A stretch of DNA of 64,000 nucleotides from Patescibacteria group bacterium (lineage in GTDB: Bacteria; Patescibacteriota; Patescibacteriia; UBA10025; JAHIVO01), in contig JBMOKY010000001.1 in the NCBI GenBank assembly GCA_049325535.1, positions 1,074,118 through 1,138,117 on the forward strand, given 5' to 3'. The stretch's first letter is position 1. Every line of letters begins with the position of its first letter. Shown here in pieces: positions 30,259 through 40,609 of this stretch. Position numbers and translations under genes: made by a program. The notes beneath the pieces are model-generated. The model searched no databases. It was not told where the DNA came from and worked only from the letters and a program-made list of their open reading frames with translations.

Positions 30259-32259
30259 ATGTATCTCTGGCTACAGCAATTCCGCAACCGCCATGACACG
30301 CGTGCCCTCCTGACTATCGGCGCAGGTATTATTTGCTTTGTCGCGATTATCACCACTCTCGGACTGTATAAATATGCCAGTTTCGCGTATGACGCGATCG
30401 ACCTGGGCATCTATAGCCAGGTTTTTTATAATTCCGCACACGGCGATCTCTTTAGTTTCAGCATCCACCCACATAATTATCTGGGTGATCACTTTGAATT
30501 ATTCATTTTGGCTCTGCTGCCGATGTATCGGCTGTTTCAGCATCCCGTTGCCCTCATCGTGCTGCAGGCCATCGGACTGGGCTTGGGCGCCTGGCCGCTC
30601 TACCTGATCGCACGACGCTGGCTCCCACGACACTGGAGCCTGGGTATCACGGGCGCCTACCTGCTCAATCCGGTCGTCTGGAACATGGCGCTCTTCGAAT
30701 TCCATATATTACCTTTCGCCATTCCACTCATACTGGCGATGTATTACACATACCTGACAAACCGCCTCGGGTGGTTCTGGGTCTGGAGCCTCGTCGCACT
30801 GACCATACGCGAAGACGTATCGCTGGTGCTGATGGGGTTTGGCATCCTCGGGCTGATCGAAAAGCGACGCTGGACATGGGCTCTGCCCCCGCTGCTGGCA
30901 GGTGGTGTTTGGCTGATTGGCGCCACGCACCTGAGCGGTTATTTCAATGGATCGGATACATACAAATTCATCGCACTGTATTCCTGGCTGGGAGACTCGC
31001 TGCCCGACATGATCACCACCGTACTGACTCGTCCCTGGGTCGTGCTGCTGCACCTGCTCCGACCGGACAACTGGCTGCTGATGCTGGGACTATCGCTTCC
31101 CCTCGCCGGACTGCCACTCCTGCGCTGGAAATACTGGATACCGACCAGTTTCATCACCGTACAATTGTTCCTCACCAGCATCAGTGCCACTATCGTCCTG
31201 CAGACGCACTACGCGGCGCTGCTGATCCCCTCGGTCTGCGTAGCGGCCATCGCTGTACTCCAGCCCATCGCCGCGGGCATACCAATCCGCCACCGCGTCC
31301 TGAACCGGCTAGCACACTATCGCCAGTGGGTGGCTATCGTCGGAAGCGTGGCGGTCATTTACAGCTTCGTCACCTTTAGTCCCGCTAGCGCTCTATTTTC
31401 CCGTCCGAGCTATACTGCGGAAATTCCCGCCACCATAAGCGAAAAAAATGTTATTCTCGGGGCACTGCCCGAAAAGGCGGCTGTCGTCTCTGGTTTTGAT
31501 ACCCTCGCTGAGCTGAGCAGCCGCACCAAGCTGTACTCGCTGCACTACGGATTTTTGGGAGTGCGTCAGTTTAGCGCTACGCCATACGCTATCCCATCAC
31601 CAGTTGACCATGTCATCATGGATACCACTGATTTCGTCATCTTCCAGCTCCAATCCCAGACCATCTCCAGCTACCATGCCCAGTACACGACTGGGGCAGA
31701 ACGCCTGCGTAAACTAGTGGCCGATAATAATTTACACATAGCGAAAATCATGGACAGCGTCGTCTGGTTCAGCGCAGCTGCAGCCCGGCCGATAACCCCC
31801 GTAGCCACGGATGCGCTGCCGGGCGCCGATGCCATTATACTCGACGCACCCATTGATGAAGCGCTCTCGCTGGTCGCCTGGGAACGGTTACCGAGCGAAC
31901 AAGTGGTTCCCGAAACAACCATCGTGCCGATCCAGCTGTCCTGGTATACCAATCAACCGGTCACCACTGATTATACACTGGCGCTGACCGTACGTTCCGA
32001 TACGGGTGCGTTAGTATACAAAAAATTCTACCCGGTCGGATACGGGCTCTGGCCCACCAGCTCATGGCAACCGCAGCGACCGGTGCAAAGCAGCTATTGG
32101 TTTGCACTGCCTGATACTGTCCTCAAACCGCGCTACACCGTTTCGCTACAGGTTGTCTCGCTCACCGGCTACATGACGCTCGACGCGCTCCGGTCCACCC
32201 AGATGCACATCTCCAGCGAACGGTCATTCGGGCCGTCTATTCAGATTGTCGCGGAGTGA
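30259..32259 (+). CDS. DUF2079-family polytopic membrane protein with a large C-terminal extracytoplasmic domain (GT-C-like)
   Basis: N-terminal block YDAIDLGIYSQVFYNSAHGDLFSFSIHPHNYLGDHFELFILALLP and about 11 TM, then an approximately 300-aa soluble C-terminal region. Confidence 0.55.
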   Translation: MYLWLQQFRNRHDTRALLTIGAGIICFVAIITTLGLYKYASFAYDAIDLGIYSQVFYNSAHGDLFSFSIHPHNYLGDHFELFILALLPMYRLFQHPVALIVLQAIGLGLGAWPLYLIARRWLPRHWSLGITGAYLLNPVVWNMALFEFHILPFAIPLILAMYYTYLTNRLGWFWVWSLVALTIREDVSLVLMGFGILGLIEKRRWTWALPPLLAGGVWLIGATHLSGYFNGSDTYKFIALYSWLGDSLPDMITTVLTRPWVVLLHLLRPDNWLLMLGLSLPLAGLPLLRWKYWIPTSFITVQLFLTSISATIVLQTHYAALLIPSVCVAAIAVLQPIAAGIPIRHRVLNRLAHYRQWVAIVGSVAVIYSFVTFSPASALFSRPSYTAEIPATISEKNVILGALPEKAAVVSGFDTLAELSSRTKLYSLHYGFLGVRQFSATPYAIPSPVDHVIMDTTDFVIFQLQSQTISSYHAQYTTGAERLRKLVADNNLHIAKIMDSVVWFSAAAARPITPVATDALPGADAIILDAPIDEALSLVAWERLPSEQVVPETTIVPIQLSWYTNQPVTTDYTLALTVRSDTGALVYKKFYPVGYGLWPTSSWQPQRPVQSSYWFALPDTVLKPRYTVSLQVVSLTGYMTLDALRSTQMHISSERSFGPSIQIVAE

Positions 32260-33880
32260 CCGAATAAATGACGACGTGCGGCGTGCGGTGTGCTTCACGG
32301 AGATAGGGTTTCGTGCTCGGATCAAAGGATCCGAGTTCCTTTTCTTTGCGGCCGTACCAGACATACGTCACACGTCCGTCGCGGAGCAATTGCTCTTTTT
32401 CCGGGGGGTCAGCATCATCTGACCAAAATGCCTCACTGTCCTCAAATTTATATGGGAGGTCGATTGTCTGCGGGCCATGGCCGATCCACACTACCCGTCC
32501 ACTGTACGCCGGAATATAATTGCCCATATAGTAGCTGGAAAAAATCACGTCGGTATAATCCGTATGGTCACGCAGCCAATGCATGGCATCAACCTCATCC
32601 TGCATCAGGTAGTACGGCAGATCGTGTTTGGTGGTAAAAAGGAAAAAATCCTGCCCGAGTACCTGCAGATTGGACAGCGGCAAGAAAATTATTAGGCCCA
32701 TGACACCGGCGGTGGCCCATATGCCTCCGCGTTGCCTCAGCCGAGACCAGCACCACCAGACGCCAAAAAATGCCAGTAGGACCAGGGGTATCTGTACCCC
32801 TTCGGACATCCTCCGCTGGAACGATACCGGCACATACATCAGCACCAGAGTAACTAAAAACCACACGACCAAAAAAACACGGCTGGACTGCTGATCTTTG
32901 ATGATGCGCCAGATTCCCACTAGCGCCAGTGGCAGGAGCAATCCAAACCCGATCATATACATCCACAGGCTGGGCGAAGGCAGTATATTTTGCGCGGACC
33001 AATTTCGGATGACCCAATCCCGCTGCGCCAGAAGCCATAAATACAGCACCGGCGGCAGCGTACCCATGCCCAGTACCACATAATGCTGGATCCACTTCCA
33101 GTGAATACGTTTTGTGTGTACAAACCGCACGAGCATATAGACCAACAGCACGACAAACACCGTCGGGCCATTGAACGGGTGAAACCATACCAGAAAAAAA
33201 CTGCTCACCGCGGCGCCGATGCTGTACCGCCACCGGTTGGTGTCAAACGCCCGCAGCATGCAATACAGTGTCAACACGAGAAGCGTCAGCGATGCGAGCA
33301 AATGAGGGGAGTGGAGCGCCGACAGAAAATTGACACTTTCTGCAATCCAGATGTCCGTCGGGTGCTCATAGATGTTATTCACATCAAATAAAAACGGATT
33401 AAAAAATACACCTAAACCGGAAGCAAACAGAAGCATGGCTAGTGCCCAGCGTCGAGCACGCGCATTCGTAATGAAATATGACAAAAACCGATAGAGCACA
33501 AAAACAAAAATAACGATCCAGATTGACCGAGCGATATGCAAAGCCAGTAAATTTGAAATACCGTCTTTCTTGGTGAGCCACCCGACGGACAGCCAGAGTG
33601 GATTGATAAAAGCTCGCGCCTGTTCTTCGTGCGTGTACAGATTGATAAAGACATTTTCCCCTTGCCTGACCTGCTCGATCATGGAAAGAAATACATTGGT
33701 GTCCCCCGGGGCCAGGTGATGCAGACCGGTAAAGACGGTGCCGGCAGGACGGGTCACATACCCATAGAGGAAAGGCGCGGCAGTAAGCAGCACGAGAACC
33801 AGGGCCATGCCAAGCGGAAATATCCACTCACGATGCCGTGTTTTAGACGTTGAATTTTTTTTCGTATGTATAGGTTCCAT
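32237..33880 (-). CDS. Polytopic membrane protein, GT-C-fold glycosyltransferase-like (YfhO/ArnT-like architecture)
   Basis: Roughly 13 TM plus a C-terminal soluble domain. No nucleotide-binding motifs are seen. Confidence 0.5.
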   Translation of the reverse strand: MEPIHTKKNSTSKTRHREWIFPLGMALVLVLLTAAPFLYGYVTRPAGTVFTGLHHLAPGDTNVFLSMIEQVRQGENVFINLYTHEEQARAFINPLWLSVGWLTKKDGISNLLALHIARSIWIVIFVFVLYRFLSYFITNARARRWALAMLLFASGLGVFFNPFLFDVNNIYEHPTDIWIAESVNFLSALHSPHLLASLTLLVLTLYCMLRAFDTNRWRYSIGAAVSSFFLVWFHPFNGPTVFVVLLVYMLVRFVHTKRIHWKWIQHYVVLGMGTLPPVLYLWLLAQRDWVIRNWSAQNILPSPSLWMYMIGFGLLLPLALVGIWRIIKDQQSSRVFLVVWFLVTLVLMYVPVSFQRRMSEGVQIPLVLLAFFGVWWCWSRLRQRGGIWATAGVMGLIIFLPLSNLQVLGQDFFLFTTKHDLPYYLMQDEVDAMHWLRDHTDYTDVIFSSYYMGNYIPAYSGRVVWIGHGPQTIDLPYKFEDSEAFWSDDADPPEKEQLLRDGRVTYVWYGRKEKELGSFDPSTKPYLREAHRTPHVVIYSVTPRQSE

Positions 33881-34000
33881 AAAACATGATGCCCGATCGG
33901 GATGGAGTTAGTATATCACACCCCGAGCTCAATAGTTGGAACGTGGCGCAAAGGACTTATTCCATATATACTGACTATGATCATATACTATTGTCCGCGT

Positions 34001-35302
34001 ATGGCATTTATCAAACAGAGCATGTACACGCTTATTACGCGTGGGATCCAGGTTATCAGCGCCTTTATCGTAACAATCGTCGTGGCGCAAACGCTCGGAA
34101 CGCTCGGAACGGGGACCTATGAGCTGTTCCAACTGCTGGTCACCTTTTCAGTAACGCTGGGTGCATTTGGCATCGGACACGCGAGCGTCTATCTCATTAA
34201 AAAAGAAAAGGCTGACATGCGCGAAACCCTCTCAACGGTATTCACCGTTGGGCTGGTCTGGGGCATCATACTGGGGGGCTTGGTGTATATATTTTACACT
34301 GTATTTCCCTCGCTGGTCGCTGGGCTGCCCCCATCGGCTATTCTGATTGGCGCAGCGCTCATCCCCTGCGCACTCATCGAATCCTATCTCATACAGGCGC
34401 TGCTCATTGAATTTTACATGCAAAAACAGGCGCTGTTGGTCGGGTTTAAAAACGGCTGTCTGCTCGTCTGCCTGGTGCTGGCCCTGCTGATATTTGACGC
34501 GGGAACAACCGGCGTCATATATTCGGTCGTCATCGCCTATATCCTAAGTTCCCTGATGACTACTACTGCGATCTGGCGGCTATATCGGCTGCGACTTCAA
34601 TTCTCCCGAGCGGTGTTTAATCGACTGCTCTCATTTGGTGTGCGGTCATGGCTCGCAAATATTTTCCTGATACTCAATTTCCGGCTCGACATGTTTCTCG
34701 TTAATCACTTCGCTGATATTCATGCTGTCGGCAGTTACTCGGTGGCGGTCACCGTAGCGGGGGGCTTATTTCTTCTGCCCAGCGCCATCGGTCCCTTATT
34801 GTATTCACGGTGGTCAGCCATGCCCCCTAAAAAAATCGCCGCCGAAACACCACAATTGAGCCGCCAAATACTTTTACTCAGCACCATCCTGGCATTAATA
34901 CTTGCGGCATATGGTCGCACGATCCTGTCGATTGTATATGGAAACTCTTTTATCGATGCATTTCCGGCCTTGGTCATACTCCTACCAGGGATCGTTATGA
35001 CGTCCATTAACTATGTGCTTTTTAATAGTTTGGCCGCGCTCGGCAAGCCGGGGTTAAACGCCATATCACTTATCGTTGGTTTGGTTATAAATATAGCCCT
35101 CAACATCGTTCTGATCCCTTATGGAGGAATCGTCGGTGCAGCGCTGGCAAGTACAGTCTCATATACGCTCACCACGCTCATCACGATTGCCTTTGTGCTG
35201 CGCTATCACCCCGGGCACGCATCACGAAATTTTATATTTCCTACACTATCTGATACTCTTATATTGGCAAAACGCTTAAAACAATTAGTGTCTCACTCAT
35301 AA
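34001..35302 (+). CDS. Polysaccharide/oligosaccharide flippase (Wzx-like, MOP superfamily)
   Basis: About 12-14 TM and an N-terminus of the usual Wzx form (two-helix start, G-rich TM1). It is translationally coupled to the downstream acetyltransferase. Confidence 0.65.
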   Translation: MAFIKQSMYTLITRGIQVISAFIVTIVVAQTLGTLGTGTYELFQLLVTFSVTLGAFGIGHASVYLIKKEKADMRETLSTVFTVGLVWGIILGGLVYIFYTVFPSLVAGLPPSAILIGAALIPCALIESYLIQALLIEFYMQKQALLVGFKNGCLLVCLVLALLIFDAGTTGVIYSVVIAYILSSLMTTTAIWRLYRLRLQFSRAVFNRLLSFGVRSWLANIFLILNFRLDMFLVNHFADIHAVGSYSVAVTVAGGLFLLPSAIGPLLYSRWSAMPPKKIAAETPQLSRQILLLSTILALILAAYGRTILSIVYGNSFIDAFPALVILLPGIVMTSINYVLFNSLAALGKPGLNAISLIVGLVINIALNIVLIPYGGIVGAALASTVSYTLTTLITIAFVLRYHPGHASRNFIFPTLSDTLILAKRLKQLVSHS

Positions 35303-35303
35303 T

Positions 35304-35795
35304 ATGCTTTTCTCGTGGTACAAAAAAACATCAAGCATTCCCCTGCTCATACTCAATGGCATTGTGCAGCGGATTTTCATGTTGAACGGCCGGTCGCGCT
35401 GGATGGTGCACTATACGTCCCGCGTGATATGCCCGCAAAAAATAACCATGGGCGCACATGTCGAGCGGAGTTTTGCGCGCAGTGGCGGGTGTTATATCCA
35501 GGCATTAAATGGCATTACCTTTGGTGATGATGTGCTGTTCGGGCCGGGAGTAAAAATCATTTCTGGCAATCATGGATTTGTCGCCCGTCATGCGATTACC
35601 GTCGCGCCCCCTATCCGCATCGGTAGCCGAGTATGGATTGGGGCCAATGCGATCATTCTGCCGGGCGTAGAAATCGGCGACGATTCGATTGTTGGCGCGG
35701 GAAGTGTCGTCACCCACTCGTTCCCCGAACATTCAGTCATCGCCGGCAACCCCGCCCGGCTGCTCCGCCACAACGATAGTGCGCACCAAACATGA
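35304..35795 (+). CDS. Hexapeptide-repeat (left-handed beta-helix) acetyltransferase
   Basis: Imperfect [LIV]-G-x-x-x-x hexapeptide repeats are present (IGSRVWIGANAIILPGVEIGDDSIVGAGSVV). Confidence 0.7.
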   Translation: MLFSWYKKTSSIPLLILNGIVQRIFMLNGRSRWMVHYTSRVICPQKITMGAHVERSFARSGGCYIQALNGITFGDDVLFGPGVKIISGNHGFVARHAITVAPPIRIGSRVWIGANAIILPGVEIGDDSIVGAGSVVTHSFPEHSVIAGNPARLLRHNDSAHQT

Positions 35796-37042
35796 GCCAA
35801 TCAGCATCCTCCACTCCTACCAAACGTATCCTGATACTGAGCGCTCTCGACATATGGTCAATGCGCGGTAATGCGGGCGCTCCGTCATTATTCCGCACAC
35901 TGACCGCCCTATCGAATCGATATACTCTTACCTTTATTACCGGCCACGCACAGACACCTTCGGGTCAAGACGAGAAGCTCAATGGAGTGCGCGTCATACG
36001 TTTTGGGATACCGTGGCTACAAAGTATGTTTGAACCACATCATGCTTTTTCAAATATTGGGAAAATTGTTTTTCCTATTTGGTGGCTGATATTCCAGCTC
36101 TGGGCCTACCGGCTCGTCTCTCGCGAAATTCGCCGTTCCGACTTCGACGCCCTCTACGCATATGAAATACTGGCTGTGCCGGTCATGGCCCGGTTAGCGC
36201 GGCGGCATCATATACCATTCATCGTTCGATTCCAGGGAACGGTACTGGCGCCGCTGCTTTCCAAACCGCTCTCCCGCGTGACCCATTTCCACCATTATTG
36301 CGCATTTCGAACAAGAGCGGACATGATTATCATGACAAATGACGGCACACAGGGAGATCGCGTACTCCGCAGCCTGCGCAACACCTCGCCACGCCAGTTC
36401 TTCTGGATGAATGGCGTCGACCGTTACCCCGATTCTCCTCCGTCCGACATTACCGCTCTGAAAAAACGGCTGGGGATCAGCGAGCGCGATATTTTCATCT
36501 TGGCAATCAGTCGGCTCAAACGGTGGAAACGTATAGACCGATGTATCGAAGCGATCATGCGACTCGATGACCCCCGTGTCCATCTCGCCATCATCGGTGA
36601 TGGTCCTGAACGAGCATCACTTGAGGCATTCGCACGACGGGGTTGCGCCTCCCCGCGCATACACATACATTTTGTTGGCAGTATGCCGCATGATGCGCTC
36701 GGTGCATACTACCAGGCAGCGGACATATTTATCTCGTGCTATAGTCTCTCAAATGTCGGCAACCCCCTGCTTGAGGCGATGCGCATGACAAAGCCCATCC
36801 TCACGCTCGATAATGGCGGTACTGCGCAGGTCATAACGCATGAAAAAACCGGTCTCCTCGCCCCAGAAGGCGATCCCGCGGCGCTCTGCGCCATGCTGAA
36901 ACGATTAGTCAACGACGCGCCGCTGCGACGCCAACTAGGAGAGGCGGCGCAGATCTATGCTGACACGCATTTTGATACATGGCACCAGCGCATGGACCGG
37001 GAATACGCGGCTATTACCGAGCTCCTGAACCAGCGCCCGTAG
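35792..37042 (+). CDS. Glycosyltransferase family 4 (GT-B)
   Basis: C-terminal E-x7-E-like region (GNPLLEAMRMTKPILTLDNGG) and the overall GT4 layout. Confidence 0.75.
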   Translation: MSQSASSTPTKRILILSALDIWSMRGNAGAPSLFRTLTALSNRYTLTFITGHAQTPSGQDEKLNGVRVIRFGIPWLQSMFEPHHAFSNIGKIVFPIWWLIFQLWAYRLVSREIRRSDFDALYAYEILAVPVMARLARRHHIPFIVRFQGTVLAPLLSKPLSRVTHFHHYCAFRTRADMIIMTNDGTQGDRVLRSLRNTSPRQFFWMNGVDRYPDSPPSDITALKKRLGISERDIFILAISRLKRWKRIDRCIEAIMRLDDPRVHLAIIGDGPERASLEAFARRGCASPRIHIHFVGSMPHDALGAYYQAADIFISCYSLSNVGNPLLEAMRMTKPILTLDNGGTAQVITHEKTGLLAPEGDPAALCAMLKRLVNDAPLRRQLGEAAQIYADTHFDTWHQRMDREYAAITELLNQRP

Positions 37043-38201
37043 CCTGAATATATACGTCGCGCAACTGCTGCGTCAGGCGCGCCGGATCCAGTTGCCGGCG
37101 AATCACGTCACGAGCCCGCTGACCGATAGCCTGCGCACGGGAATAGTCAGCACAGAGATACTCAAGCGCTGCTACCAATTCATTGCCCGCCTGAGATGAA
37201 ATAACCATGCCGGTTTCTTTGTCATGAATCATATCTGCCATGCCGCAGGTACGGGTAACTACCACTGGTCGAGCGCTGGCCATGCCCTCGACAGCGCTCA
37301 CACCAAACCCCTCCTGTTGGGATGGCAGCACTACTATATCCGCATGCTGAAAATATGATCTGAGGTTTTGGTGTGGTACGCTTCCCTGCAGAGTGACACG
37401 ACGGGACAGCCCGTACTGAACGATAAGTCGCACAATCCGCTGATATTCATTTCCGTCTCCGACCAACGTAAGATGAGCGGTAGGGTGCTGATTTAAAAAA
37501 GGCCGGATCGATTCAATGAGCCAGGGTATATTTTTCACGGGTATGAGCCGCCCCACCCAGAGCACCGCCCCCGTCTGCGGATACTCGTGCGACACGTCAA
37601 ATAAAGCGGGCAGCTCCGGCACCATGTCAGGAATCACCGTGGCCGATGCAATACTGCTGATGTCACGCTGTGCCTGCTGTATGAGGCGGGGACTCACGGA
37701 GATAACATGATCTACGCGGCGGACAACCCAGCGTGCAATCCGGCGCAGGAGTGGGTGCGATACTGCAAATTGTACGTCAGTACCATGAAGCGTCATCACA
37801 ATCGGCCGATGTTGCCACATCCGCGCGAGCAGGGCAACAGCAGCAGCCGGCCACCAATGCGCATGTACTATATCACTCTGTGATGCCCATCGTATCACGG
37901 ACAAGACAAATGCCATGATAAAAAAAGGCGCCTGCACCTTTGATAACCACGATCGACGGATATTCTCGATCAGACCGTCACCATACGCCACAGCATGCTG
38001 ACGATCGCTATACCAGTACCGAAACCGGCGGATCACAACGCCATCATACGTTTCAGTAGGATGCGCCCCCGGAGCAAATGGCGCAATGACCGTTACCGAT
38101 AAGCCTGCCAAGACTAGTTGCCGAGCCTGTTCATGGATAAATATCCCCGCGGTATCACCGGCGAAGCGAGGATAGGAACTGGTCACCACAAGGACGCGCA
38201 T
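37014..38201 (-). CDS. Glycosyltransferase family 4 (GT-B)
   Basis: MRVLVVTSSYP...EGFGVSAVEGMASARPVVVTRTCGMADMI matches the GT4 EX7E motif. Its 3' end overlaps the convergent GT4 by 29 nt. Confidence 0.8.
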   Translation of the reverse strand: MRVLVVTSSYPRFAGDTAGIFIHEQARQLVLAGLSVTVIAPFAPGAHPTETYDGVVIRRFRYWYSDRQHAVAYGDGLIENIRRSWLSKVQAPFFIMAFVLSVIRWASQSDIVHAHWWPAAAVALLARMWQHRPIVMTLHGTDVQFAVSHPLLRRIARWVVRRVDHVISVSPRLIQQAQRDISSIASATVIPDMVPELPALFDVSHEYPQTGAVLWVGRLIPVKNIPWLIESIRPFLNQHPTAHLTLVGDGNEYQRIVRLIVQYGLSRRVTLQGSVPHQNLRSYFQHADIVVLPSQQEGFGVSAVEGMASARPVVVTRTCGMADMIHDKETGMVISSQAGNELVAALEYLCADYSRAQAIGQRARDVIRRQLDPARLTQQLRDVYIQATGAGSGAR

Positions 38202-38204
38202 ACA

Positions 38205-39155
38205 TTACTGCTGCAAATCCTTATTCGACTCCATATCAAACCACATAGCGAAAAACAACGACTGCGTGCCAAATAGAAAAAAGAGGGCGGCAAACAATGC
38301 GCTGGTTTCTGACACCGGCCCGGTTACAATCCGGTACATCAGCAGATACAGTCCAAACACAAACCCAACAATAAAAGACATGAATCCAAAAAAATAGAAA
38401 AAGACGAGCGGGTGGAAATCCCGCACTACGTACTTCTCCCGCATCCGCCAGAAAAAATCTTTTACCAATAACCAGCTAATTCGGGGGACAACGTGAGCGA
38501 TGCGAATACCTGATTTTTCTCCCTGGTAAATCGGCTTGATCGGTACCTCATGTACACGAGCATTCAACACATTCAATTTAACCAACAGATCATTCGGGAA
38601 GCCATACCGTCGATACAATTTTCGTAACGGTATGGTCCGGGCCGCTTCCCGGCTGATGGCGGTATACCCCGTCTGAAAATCAGACAGCTTCCAGTAGCCC
38701 GAGGCGATTTTCGTCAGCAGTGAAAGGATAGCGTTGCCGATAAATCGATACCGGGGCATAACCTCCCATGCCGTTCCATAGTGAAATCGGTTTCCTTTGA
38801 CATAATCAGCTGCGCCGTCGATGACGGGCTGCACCACCGTGGCCAGCTCAGCCGGATCCATCTGCGCGTCACCAGCCATGACGGCCAGCACATCGTCGCC
38901 GGCAGAGATACCGAGCTCATACCCGGTGACGATGGCTGCGCCGACGCCGCGATTACTATCATGGCGGTGCACCGTTACTGTGGTCGTGCCGACCGGGGCC
39001 GTACTCCGTGCTCGATCGCCAGTCCCGTCGGTGCTAGAGTCATCGATGACATATATGTGATCCACAAATGCCGGCATGGTACTGATAACCGCACCAATCC
39101 GTTCCGCTTCCTGAAAAGCCGGGATGACAACGCCAATTTTTTTATTATGTAGCAT
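38205..39155 (-). CDS. GT2 glycosyltransferase with C-terminal TM helices (polyprenyl-phosphate mannose/glucose synthase-like, Dpm1/GtrB type)
   Basis: IGVVIPAFQEAERIG...VIDDSSTDGT (GT-A DxD region) plus two C-terminal TM helices. Confidence 0.75.
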   Translation of the reverse strand: MLHNKKIGVVIPAFQEAERIGAVISTMPAFVDHIYVIDDSSTDGTGDRARSTAPVGTTTVTVHRHDSNRGVGAAIVTGYELGISAGDDVLAVMAGDAQMDPAELATVVQPVIDGAADYVKGNRFHYGTAWEVMPRYRFIGNAILSLLTKIASGYWKLSDFQTGYTAISREAARTIPLRKLYRRYGFPNDLLVKLNVLNARVHEVPIKPIYQGEKSGIRIAHVVPRISWLLVKDFFWRMREKYVVRDFHPLVFFYFFGFMSFIVGFVFGLYLLMYRIVTGPVSETSALFAALFFLFGTQSLFFAMWFDMESNKDLQQ

Positions 39156-39158
39156 AGA

Positions 39159-40607
39159 CTACGATGAGTGGGGCATGACTCTACCGGGCCATTTTTTCCC
39201 CATGATTGTATTCCATTGTACCATGAGGAAATAAAGTGCAACACTGACGCCAAAGAGCACATTCGGGAAGAAAACGCTCAGGCTGGCATAGTACATAAAA
39301 CCATAGAGAGTCGTCAATATGATCAGCGGCCGATAGTGCCGCTCGGGGACCAGCAGTGCCAATGGCACAAACCACAGGGTATACCAAACATTAAACTTCC
39401 CTCCCAATAAAAACAAGAACACCAATAACACCCAAAACCACCGCTTGATAAATGTATCAACCAGTGTCTCACTCCGCCGGAAAAGAAGCATGATATACAC
39501 CACGAGGAAGGTCAATAAATAGCTGGCGCGCTGGGTCACCAGATCAAAATGAAATCCTGGAATCACCCCATCCAACCACGACATGAGAGCGTAGAGCATA
39601 CTCTGGGGAAGCGTCAGATTATTATCAGTGACAAAAGCGCGGCCCAAATTGCCAATATTACGGTCAAAATTGTGCAGCGGTGCATAGGTTGCCAGCACCA
39701 TGCCGGTCACAATCAAGGCTCCGAGACCGATCGTCCGCCAGGCCTGGCGACGGGGCAAACGCAATGCCAGGAGCGCCACAAACGGCAATAAAATAATCGG
39801 GCCGAATTTGATGAGAAACGCGCCAGTGAGAAAGGTCGCCGCCCAGAGATAGCGAGTGCGAATCACCGCATACACTGCCGCCAGGACAAGCGTCATCATA
39901 AAGACGTCATTATGCGCCGAGTGAACCGCCTCGAACAGTATAAAAGGATTCCAGGCAAAAAGCGCGGTGACCGCATATCGACTCTGGGGTATGACACGCT
40001 CGGCGATTTTGTATACCAGCCATACGCACAGTAAAAATGCGGCGGCAGCGACCAGCCGATAGCCTATCAGGTTTGCTACCACATCCCCGCCGATGAGGCG
40101 GGACAGCAGCAAGGAGTAATTCATAAATAAGGGCCCATACACCGACACCTGTTCCGGCCAAGCTACCACCCCGCTATAGCCGAGCGCTGCGGGGGATATT
40201 TGGTATGGATTTGCATCGTGGGTATTGGCAATGACAGCCCGAGAGATATAGCCGTACACATCCGAAGAAAAAAATGGTGGGCTTAAAAATAAAATGCATA
40301 TGAATATGCAGACAAAGAAAATAACAATGGCGAGAGTCCGTGAATCATGTGCCAATTTCGCACCCTTCCACAAAAATAAAATATATACACCCAAAAACGC
40401 AAATAGAAAAAACGCGACCATTCCCAGGTGAGTAAAGAATACCCCGGCATGCCGCATCAGCGGTTTCGTTTCCTCCGGAGAACTAGAAATGACCATCAGG
40501 GTAAAGGCAAAAAAGAACGCGGCAAACAGGGTGCCCCACTGCCACAGGCGGCGATAGCGCTCATCGCGGGCCGAACTGAAAAAATTTGCAATTGTTGCCA
40601 ACATCAT
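39159..40607 (-). CDS. GT-C-fold membrane glycosyltransferase-like protein (DUF2029/GT87-like)
   Basis: About 12 TM with short loops. Translationally coupled within the operon. Confidence 0.5.
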   Translation of the reverse strand: MMLATIANFFSSARDERYRRLWQWGTLFAAFFFAFTLMVISSSPEETKPLMRHAGVFFTHLGMVAFFLFAFLGVYILFLWKGAKLAHDSRTLAIVIFFVCIFICILFLSPPFFSSDVYGYISRAVIANTHDANPYQISPAALGYSGVVAWPEQVSVYGPLFMNYSLLLSRLIGGDVVANLIGYRLVAAAAFLLCVWLVYKIAERVIPQSRYAVTALFAWNPFILFEAVHSAHNDVFMMTLVLAAVYAVIRTRYLWAATFLTGAFLIKFGPIILLPFVALLALRLPRRQAWRTIGLGALIVTGMVLATYAPLHNFDRNIGNLGRAFVTDNNLTLPQSMLYALMSWLDGVIPGFHFDLVTQRASYLLTFLVVYIMLLFRRSETLVDTFIKRWFWVLLVFLFLLGGKFNVWYTLWFVPLALLVPERHYRPLIILTTLYGFMYYASLSVFFPNVLFGVSVALYFLMVQWNTIMGKKWPGRVMPHSS

Positions 40608-40609
40608 AA

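Noticed and set aside
30771-31379. 202-aa Arg/Pro/His-rich ORF inside the DUF2079 gene, same strand and different frame.
   Set aside because: It is an alternative-frame artefact with extreme composition. The DUF2079 frame has a coherent TM topology.
32595-33233. 212-aa ORF within the GT-C gene, minus strand and alternative frame.
   Set aside because: It is nested in a different frame of a long membrane-protein gene and has no motifs.
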